NCBI GenBank assembly: GCA_040954595.2
Contig: CM082577.2
Location: 20,682,303-20,746,302 of the forward strand
Direction: 5' to 3'
DNA from: Balanoglossus misakiensis
Taxonomy: Eukaryota; Animalia; Hemichordata
DNA length: 64,000 nucleotides
Every line of letters starts with the position of its first letter. Positions within the stretch are counted from its first letter, which is position 1. Both the position numbers and the translations under genes were made by a program. Below are positions 1 to 9,295 of this stretch, one piece after another. The notes under the pieces were generated by a model. The model worked only from the letters and a program-made list of their open reading frames with translations, was not told the origin of the DNA and searched no databases.

Positions 1-213
1 AATCCTACACCATTGAACACATAGTCCGACTTGGCTGATTTTTGTGGGTAACCGATCGACCTTCCATAGCTTATAAGGCAAGTGGGATAAAATATGGTTT
101 GTTTTGTTTTGCAAAAAGTGGTTTTAAAATTCAGACACTTGCAGAAAGAGGAAGAAACGGGCACTTGCGACAAAAATATTATCCATCAGGCTACTCTTTA
201 ATGGAAAAGTTGG

Positions 214-219
214 AAAAAA
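214..219 (-). terminator. Pol III oligo-dT terminator (T6), representative copy
   Basis: An A-run (usually 6-8 nt) on the + strand lies 1-3 nt beyond the 3' end of each gene: GGCTT-CA/AA/CAA-TTTTTT on the gene strand. Confidence 0.9.
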
Positions 220-221
220 TT

Positions 222-341
222 AAGCCTACAGCACGTAGTATTCCCAGGCGGTCTCCCATCCAAGTACTAACTACGCCCAACGCAGGTTTGCTTCGGGGAT
301 CAGACGAGAACCGGCTTATTCTACGTGGTATGGCCGTAGGC
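222..341 (-). rRNA. 5S rRNA gene, first copy in window (A45C variant)
   Basis: Reverse complement reads GCCTACGGCCATACCACGTAG...AGTACTTGGATGGGAGACCGCCTGGGAATAC...GCTGTAGGCTT, 120 nt, with hallmark eukaryotic 5S motifs. Confidence 0.97.
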
Positions 342-597
342 GAAAGATGGTTGAATTTCTCCTACTATAAACCTGAATCCTACACCATTGAACACATAGT
401 CCGACTTGGCTAATTTTTGTGGGTAACCGATCGACCTTCCATAGCTTATAAGGCAAGTAGGATCAAAAATATGGTTTGTTTTGTTTTGCAAAAAGTGGTT
501 TTAAAATTCAGGCACTTTCAGAAAAGGAAGAAACGGACACTTGCGACAAAAATGTTATCCATCAGGCTACTCTTTAATGGAAAAGTTGGAAAAAATG
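342..597. other. 5S non-transcribed spacer, representative long form (256 bp)
   Basis: AT-rich sequence between consecutive genes; carries most haplotype-defining SNPs and indels. Confidence 0.9.
366..371 (-). promoter_or_regulatory. TATA-like upstream element at -25..-30 of the 5S gene, representative copy
   Basis: TTTATA on the gene strand (TATAAA on +) lies 25-30 nt upstream of G1, the position typical of 5S upstream elements. There is a C at -1. It is retained in every unit I inspected, including spacer-deletion units. Confidence 0.75.
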
Positions 598-1350
598 AAG
601 CCTACAGCACGTAGTATTCCCAGGCGGTCTCCCATCCAAGTACTAACAACGCCCAACGCAGGTTTGCTTCGGTGATCAGACGAGAACCGGCTTATTCTAC
701 GTGGTATGGCCGTAGGCGAAAGATGGTTGAATTTCTCCTACTATAAACCTGAATCCTACACCATTGAACACATAGTCCGACTTGGCTAATTTTTGTGGGT
801 AACCGATCGACCTTCCATAGCTTATAAGGCAAGTGGGATAAAAAAATATGGTTGCTTTGTTCTGCAAAAAGTGGTTTTAGAATTCAGGCACTTTCAGAAA
901 AGGAAGAAACGGACACTTGCGACAAAAATGTTTTCCATCAGGCTACTCTTTAATGGAAAAGTTGGAAAAAATGAAGCCTACAGCACGTAGTATTCCCAGG
1001 CGGTCTCCCATCCAAGTACTAACTACGCCCAACGCAGGTTTGCTTCGGGGATCAGACGAGAACCGGCTTATTCTACGTGGTATGGCCGTAGGCGAAAAGT
1101 GGTTGAATTTCTCCTACTATAAACCTGAATCCTACACCATTGAACACATAGTCCGACTTGGCTAATTTTTGTGGGTAACCGATCGACCTTCCATAGCTTA
1201 TAAGGCAAGGAGGATCAAAAATATGGTTTGTTTTGTTTTGCAAAAAGTGGTTTTAAAATTCAGACACTTGCAGAAAGAGGAAGAAACTGACACTTGCGTC
1301 AAAAATATTATCCATCAGGCTACTCTTTAATGGAAAAGTTGGAAAAAATG

Positions 1351-1470
1351 AAGCCTACAGCACGTAGTATTCCCAGGCGGTCTCCCATCCAAGTACTAAC
1401 TACGCCCAACGCAGGTTTGCTTCGGTGATCAGACGAGAACCGGCTTATTCTACGTGGTATGGCCGTAGGC
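1351..1470 (-). rRNA. 5S rRNA gene, representative consensus copy (T24 allele)
   Basis: GCCTACGGCCATACCACGTAGAATAAGCCGGTTCTCGTCTGATCACCGAAGCAAACCTGCGTTGGGCGTAGTTAGTACTTGGATGGGAGACCGCCTGGGAATACTACGTGCTGTAGGCTT. Manual pairing gives helix I 1-9/110-118, II 14-21/57-65 (T63 bulge), III 27-32/45-52, V 66-72/103-109, IV 78-86/91-98 with a GAGA (GNRA) loop, and loop E AGTA/GAA. Confidence 0.98.
1374..1421 (-). promoter_or_regulatory. Pol III type 1 internal control region (Box A, intermediate element, Box C; 5S nt ~50-97), representative copy
   Basis: Positional homology to the Xenopus 5S ICR. Box C TGGATGGGAGACCGCCTG matches the vertebrate sequence; Box A reads AGCAAACCTGC. Confidence 0.85.
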
Positions 1471-3985
1471 GAAAGATGGTTGAATTTCTCCTACTATAAA
1501 CCTGAATCCTACACCATTGAACACATAGTCCGACTTGGCTAATTTTGTGGGTAACCGATCGACCTTCCATAGCTTATAAGGCAAGTGGGATAAAAAAATA
1601 TGGTTGCTTTGTTCTGCAAAAAGTGGTTTTAGAATTCAGGCACTTTCCGAAAAGGAAGAAACGGACACTTGCGACAAAAATGTTATCCATCAGGCTACTC
1701 TTTAATGGAAAAGTTGGAAAAAAAGAAGCCTACAGCACGTAGTATTCCCAGGCGGTCTCCCATCCAAGTACTAACTACGCCCAACGCAGGTTTGCTTCGG
1801 GGATCAGACGAGAACCGGCTTATTCTACGTGGTATGGCCGTAGGCGAAAAGTGGTTGAATTTCTCCTACTATAAACCTGAATCCTACACCATTGAACACA
1901 TAGTCCGATTTGGCTAATTTTTGTGGGTAACCGATCGACCTTCCATAGCTTATAAGGCAGGGAGGATCAAAAATATGGTTTGTTTTGTTTTGCAAAAAGT
2001 GGTTTTAAAATTCAGACACTTGCAGAAAGAGGAAGAAACGGACACTTGCGTCAAAAATATTATCCATCAGGCTACTCTTTAATGGAAAAGTTGGAAAAAA
2101 TGAAGCCTACAGCACGTAGTATTCCCAGGCGGTCTCCCATCCAAGTACTAACTACGCCCAACGCAGGTTTGCTTCGGTGATCAGACGAGAACCGGCTTAT
2201 TCTACGTGGTATGGCCGTAGGCGAAAGATGGTTGAATTTCTCCTACTATAAACCTGAATCCTACACCATTGAACACATAGCCCGACTTGGCTAATTTTGT
2301 GGGTAACCGATCGACCTTCCATAGCTTATAAGGCAAGTGGGATAAAAAAATATGGTTGCTTTGTTCTGCAAAAAGTGGTTTTAGAATTCAGGCACTTTCA
2401 GAAAAGGAAGAAACGGACACTTGCGACAAAAATGTTATCCATCAGGCTACTCTTTAATGGAAAAGTTGGAAAAAAATGAAGCCTACAGCACGTAGTATTC
2501 CCAGGCGGTCTCCCATCCAAGTACTAACTACGCCCAACGCAGGTTTGCTTCGGGGATCAGACGAGAACCGGCTTATTCTACGTGGTATGGCCGTAGGCGA
2601 AAAGTGGTTGAATTTCTCCTACTATAAACCTGAATCCTACACCATTGAACACATAGTCCGACTTGGCTAATTTTTGTGGGTAACCGATCGACCTTCCATA
2701 GCTTATAAGGCAAGTAGGATCAAAAATATGGTTTGTTTTGTTTTGCAAAAAGTGGTTTTAAAATTCAGACACTTGCAGAAAGAGGAAGAAACGGACACTT
2801 GCGTCAAAAATATTATCCATCAGGCTACTCTTTAATGGAAAAGTTGGAAAAAATGAAGCCTACAGCACGTAGTATTCCCAGGCGGTCTCCCATCCAAGTA
2901 CTAACTACGCCCAACGCAGGTTTGCTTCGGTGATCAGACGAGAACCGGCTTATTCTACGTGGTATGGCCGTAGGCGAAAGATGGTTGAATTTCTCCTACT
3001 ATAAACCTGAATCCTACACCATTGAACACATAGTCCGACTTGGCTAATTTTGTGGGTAACCGATCGACCTTCCATAGCTTATAAGGCAAGTGGGATAAAA
3101 AAATATGGTTGCTTTGTTCTGCAAAAAGTGGTTTTAGAATTCAGGCACTTTCAGAAAAGGAAGAAACGGACACTTGCGACAAAAATGTTATCCATCAGGC
3201 TACTCTTTAATGGAAAAGTTGGAAAAAAATGAAGCCTACAGCACGTAGTATTCCCAGGCGGTCTCCCATCCAAGTACTAACTACGCCCAACGCAGGTTTG
3301 CTTCGGGGATCAGACGAGAACCGGCTTATTCTACGTGGTATGGCCGTAGGCGAAAAGTGGTTGAATTTCTCCTACTATAAACCTGAATCCTACACCATTG
3401 AACACATAGTCCGACTTGGCTAATTTTTGTGGGTAACCGATCGACCTTCCATAGCTTATAAGGCAAGTAGGATCAAAAATATGGTTTGTTTTGTTTTGCA
3501 AAAAGTGGTTTTAAAATTCAGACACTTGCAGAAAGAGGAAGAAACGGACACTTGCGTCAAAAATATTATCCATCAGGCTACTCTTTAATGGAAAAGTTGG
3601 AAAAAATGAAGCCTACAGCACGTAGTATTCCCAGGCGGTCTCCCATCCAAGTACTAACTACGCCCAACGCAGGTTTGCTTCGGTGATCAGACGAGAACCG
3701 GCTTATTCTACGTGGTATGGCCGTAGGCGAAAGATGGTTGAATTTCTCCTACTATAAACCTGAATCCTACACCATTGAACACATAGTCCGACTTGGCTAA
3801 TTTTTGTGGGTAACCGATCGACCTTCCATAGCTTATAAGGCAAGTAGGATCAAAAATATGGTTTGTTTTGTTTTGCAAAAAGTGGTTTTAAAATTCAGAC
3901 ACTTGCAGAAAGAGGAAGAAACGGACACTTGCGTCAAAAATATTATCCATCAGGCTACTCTTTAATGGAAAAGTTGGAAAAAATG

Positions 3986-4115
3986 AAGCCTACAGCACGT
4001 AGTATTCCCAGGCGGTCTCCCATCCAAGTACTAACTACGCCCAACGCAGGTTTGCTTCGGTGATCAGACGAGAACCGGCTTATTCTACGTGGTATGCCAC
4101 CGTATGGCCGTAGGC
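3986..4115 (-). pseudogene. 5S copy with 10-bp insertion near the 5' end
   Basis: ggtatg[ccaccgtatg]gccg at 4097-4106. Confidence 0.75.
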
Positions 4116-4370
4116 GAAAGATGGTTGAATTTCTCCTACTATAAACCTGAATCCTACACCATTGAACACATAGTCCGACTTGGCTAATTTTTGTGGGTAA
4201 CCGATCGACCTTCCATAGCTTATAAGGCAAGTGGGATAAAATATGGTTTGTTTTGTTTTGCAAAAAGTGGTTTTAAAATTCAGACACTTGCAGAAAGAGG
4301 AAGAAACGGGCACTTGCGACAAAAATATTATCCATCAGGCTACTCTTTAATGGAAAAGTTGGAAAAAATT

Positions 4371-4489
4371 AAGCCTACAGCACGTAGTATTCCCAGGCGG
4401 TCTCCCATCCAAGTACTAACTACGCCCAACGCAGGTTTGCTTCGGTGATCAGACGAGAACCGGATACTCTACGTGGTATGGCCGTAGGC
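4371..4489 (-). pseudogene. 5S copy with complex indel/substitution in loop B/helix III
   Basis: ccggatactctacg instead of ccggcttattctacg; 119 nt. Confidence 0.6.
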
Positions 4490-5121
4490 GAAAGATGGTT
4501 GAATTTCTCCTACTATAAACCTGAATCCTACACCATTGAACACATAGTCCGACTTGGCTAATTTTGTGGGTAACCGATCGACCTTCCATAGCTTATAAGG
4601 CAAGTGGGATAAAAAATTATGGTTGCTTTGTTCTGCAAAAAGTGGTTTTAGAATTCAGGCACTTTCAGAAAAGGAAGAAACGGACACTTGCGTCAAAAAT
4701 ATTATCCATCAGGCTACTCTTTAATGGAAAAGTTGGAAAAAATGAAGCCTACAGCACGTAGTATTCCCAGGCGGTCTCCCATCCAAGTACTAACTACGCC
4801 CAACGCAGGTTTGCTTCGGTGATCAGACGAGAACCGGCTTATTCTACGTGGTATGGCCGTAGGCGAAAGATGGTTGAATTTCTCCTACTATAAACATGAA
4901 TCCTACACCATTGAACACATAGTCCGACTTGGCTAATTTTTGTGGGTAACCGATCGACCTTCCATAGCTTATAAGGCAAGTAGGATCAAAAATATGGTTT
5001 GTTTTGTTTTGCAAAAAGTGGTTTTAAAATTCAGACACTTGCAGAAAGAGGAAGAAACGGACACTTGCGTCAAAAATATTATCCATCAGGCTACTCTTTA
5101 ATGGAAAAGTTGGAAAAAATG

Positions 5122-5251
5122 AAGCCTACAGCACGTAGTATTCCCAGGCGGTCTCCCATCCAAGTACTAACTACGCCCAACGCAGGTTTGCTTCGGTGAT
5201 CAGACGAGAACCGGCTTATTCTACGTGGTATGCCACCGTATGGCCGTAGGC
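5122..5251 (-). pseudogene. 5S copy with the same 10-bp insertion
   Basis: Insertion at 5233-5242, 1136 bp from the first copy. Confidence 0.75.
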
Positions 5252-8200
5252 GAAAGATGGTTGAATTTCTCCTACTATAAACCTGAATCCTACACCATTG
5301 AACACATAGTCCGACTTGGCTAATTTTTGTGGGTAACCGATCGACCTTCCATAGCTTATAAGGCAAGTGGGATAAAATATGGTTTGTTTTGTTTTGCAAA
5401 AAGTGGTTTTAAAATTCAGACACTTGCAGAAAGAGGAAGAAACGGGCACTTGCGACAAAAATATTATCCATCAGGCTACTCTTTAATGGAAAAGTTGGAA
5501 AAAATTAAGCCTACAGCACGTAGTATTCCCAGGCGGTCTCCCATCCAAGTACTAACTACGCCCAACGCAGGTTTGCTTCGGTGATCAGACGAGAACCGGC
5601 TTATTCTACGTGGTATGGCCGTAGGCGAAAGATGGTTGAATTTCTCCTACTATAAACTTTATAAGGCAAGTGGGATAAAAAAATATGGTTGCTTTGTTCT
5701 GCAAAAAGTGGTTTTAGAATTCAGGCACTTTCAGAAAAGGAAGAAACGGACACTTGCGACAAAAATGTTATCCATCAGGCTACTCTTTAATGGAAAAGTT
5801 GGAAAAAAATGAAGCCTACAGCACGTAGTATTCCCAGGCGGTCTCCCATCCAAGTACTAACTACGCCCAACGCAGGTTTGCTTCGGGGATCAGACGAGAA
5901 CCGGCTTATTCTACGTGGTATGGCCGTAGGCGAAAAGTGGTTGAATTTCTCCTACTATAAACCTGAATCCTACACCATTGAACACATAGTCCGACTTGGC
6001 TAATTTTTGTGGGTAACCGATCGACCTTCCATAGCTTATAAGGCAAGGAGGATCAAAGATATGGTTTGTTTTGTTTTGCAAAAAGTGGTTTTAAAATTCA
6101 GACACTTGCAGAAAGAGGAAGAAACGGACACTTGCGTCAAAAATATTATCCATCAGGCTACTCTTTAATGGAAAAGTTGGAAAAAATGAAGCCTACAGCA
6201 CGTAGTATTCCCAGGCGGTCTCCCATCCAAGTACTAACTACGCCCAACGCAGGTTTGCTTCGGTGATCAGACGAGAACCGGCTTATTCTACGTGGTATGG
6301 CCGTAGGCGAAAGATGGTTGAATTTCTCCTACTATAAACCTGAATCCTACACCATTGAACACATAGTCCGACCTGGCTAATTTTGTGGGTAACCGATCGA
6401 CCTTCCATAGCTTATAAGGCAAGTGGGATAAAAAAATATGGTTGCTTTGTTCTGCAAAAAGTGGTTTTAGAATTCCGGCACTTTCAGAAAAGGAAGAAAC
6501 GGACACTTGCGACAAAAATGTTATCCATCAGGCTACTCTTTAATGGAAAAGTTGGAAAAAATGAAGCCTACAGCACGTAGTATTCCCAGGCGGTCTCCCA
6601 TCCAAGTACTAACTACGCCCAACGCAGGTTTGCTTCGGGGATCAGACGAGAACCGGCTTATTCTACGTGGTATGGCCGTAGGCGAAAAGTGGTTGAATTT
6701 CTCCTACTATAAACCTGAATCCTACACCATTGAACACATAGTCCGACTTGGCTAATTTTTGTGGGTAACCGATCGACCTTCCATAGCTTATAAGGCAAGG
6801 AGGATCAAAAATATGGTTTGTTTTGTTTTGCAAAAAGTGGTTTTAAAATTCAGACACTTGCAGAAAGAGGAAGAAACGGACACTTGCGACAAAAATATTA
6901 TCCATCAGGCTACTCTTTAATGGAAAAGTTGGAAAAAATGAAGCCTACAGCACGTAGTATTCCCAGGCGGTCTCCCATCCAAGTACTAACTACGCCCAAC
7001 GCAGGTTTGCTTCGGTGATCAGACGAGAACCGGCTTATTCTACGTGGTATGGCCGTAGGCGAAAGATGGTTGAATTTCTCCTACTATAAACCTGAATCCT
7101 ACACCATTGAACACATAGTCCGACTTGGCTAATTTTTGTGGGTAACCGATCGACCTTCCATAGCTTATAAGGCAAGTGGGATAAAATATGGTTTGTTTTG
7201 TTTTGCAAAAAGTGGTTTTAAAATTCAGACACTTGCAGAAAGAGGAAGAAACGGACACTTGCGTCAAAAATATTATCCATCAGGCTACTCTTTAATGGAA
7301 AAGTTGGAAAAAATGAAGCCTACAGCACGTAGTATTCCCAGGCGGTCTCCCATCCAAGTACTAACTACGCCCAACGCAGGTTTGCTTCGGTGATCAGACG
7401 AGAACCGGCTTATTCTACGTGGTATGGCCGTAGGCGAAAGATGGTTGAATTTCTCCTACTATAAACCTGAATCCTACACCATTGAACACATAGTCCGACT
7501 TGGCTAATTTTGTGGGTAACCGATCGACCTTCCATAGCTTATAAGGCAAGTGGGATAAAAAAATATGGTTGCTTTGTTCTGCAAAAAGTGGTTTTAGAAT
7601 TCAGGCACTTTCAGAAAAGGAAGAAACGGACACTTGCGACAAAAATGTTATCCATCAGGCTACTCTTTAATGGAAAAGTTGGAAAAAATGAAGCCTACAG
7701 CACGTAGTATTCCCAGGCGGTCTCCCATCCAAGTACTAACTACGCCCAACGCAGGTTTGCTTCGGGGATCAGACGAGAACCGGCTTATTCTACGTGGTAT
7801 GGCCGTAGGCGAAAAGTGGTTGAATTTCTCCTACTATAAACCTGAATCCTACACCATTGAACACATAGTCCGACTTGGCTAATTTTTGTGGGTAACCGAT
7901 CGACCTTCCATAGCTTATAAGGCAAGGAGGATCAAAAATATGGTTTGTTTTGTTTTGCAAAAAGTGGTTTTAAAATTCAGACACTTGCAGAAAGAGGAAT
8001 AAACGGACACTTGCGACAAAAATATTATCCATCAGGCTACTCTTTAATGGAAAAGTTGGAAAAAATGAAGCCTACAGCACGTAGTATTCCCAGGCGGTCT
8101 CCCATCCAAGTACTAACAACGCCCAACGCAGGTTTGCTTCGGTGATCAGACGAGAACCGGCTTATTCTACGTGGTATGGCCGTAGGCGAAAGATGGTTGA

Positions 8201-9295
8201 ATTTCTCCTACTATAAACCTGAATCCTACACCATTGAACACATAGTCCGACTTGGCTAATTTTTGTGGGTAACCGATCGACCTTCCATAGCTTATAAGGC
8301 AAGTGGGATAAAATATGGTTTGTTTTGTTTTGCAAAAAGTGGTTTTAAAATTCAGACACTTGCAGAAAGAGGAAGAAACGGGCACTTGCGACAAAAATAT
8401 TATCCATCAGGCTACTCTTTAATGGAAAAGTTGGAAAAAATTAAGCCTACAGCACGTAGTATTCCCAGGCGGTCTCCCATCCAAGTACTAACTACGCCCA
8501 ACGCAGGTTTGCTTCGGTGATCAGACGAGAACCGGCTTATTCTACGTGGTGTGGCCGTAGGCGAAAGATGGTGGAATTTCTCCTACTATAAACCTGAATC
8601 CTACACCATTGAACACATAGCCCGACTTGGCTAATTTTGTGGGTAACCGATCGACCTTCCATAGCTTATAAGGCAAGTGGGATAAAAAAATATGGTTGCT
8701 TTGTTCTGCAAAAAGTGGTTTTAGAATTCAGGCACTTTCAGAAAAGGAAGAAACGGACACTTGCGACTAAACTGTTATCCATCAGGCTACTCTTTAATGG
8801 AAAAGTTGGAAAAAAAATGAAGCCTACAACACGTAGTATTCCCAGGCGGTCTCCCATCCAAGTACTAACTACGCCCAACGCAGGTTTGCTTCGGGGATCA
8901 GACGAGAACCGGCTTATTCTACGTGGTATGGCCGTAGGCGAAAAGTGGTTGAATTTCTCCTACTATAAACCTGAATCCTACACCATTGAACACATAGTCC
9001 GACTTGGCTAATTTTTGTGGGTAACCGATCGACCTTTCATAGCTTATAAGGCAAGTAGGATCAAAAATATGGTTTGTTTTGTTTTGCAAAAAGTGGTTTT
9101 AAAATTCAGACACTTGCAGAAAGAGGAATAAACGGACACTTGCGTCACAAATATTATCCATCAGGCTACTCTTTAATGGAAAAGTTGGAAAAAATGAAGC
9201 CTACAGCACGTAGTATTCCCAGGCGGTCTCCCATCCAAGTACTAACAACGCCCAACGCAGGTTTGCTTCGGTGATCAGACGAGAACCGGCTTATT

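Noticed and set aside
96-111. (GTTTT)n microsatellite in the spacer
   Set aside because: Only about three copies of low-complexity sequence, ordinary for AT-rich spacers.
342-597. tRNA or recognisable U1/U2/U5/U6 snRNA gene in the spacer
   Set aside because: No cloverleaf, B-box (GTTCRA) or known snRNA sequence on either strand. Only weak motifs, reported as a speculative finding.
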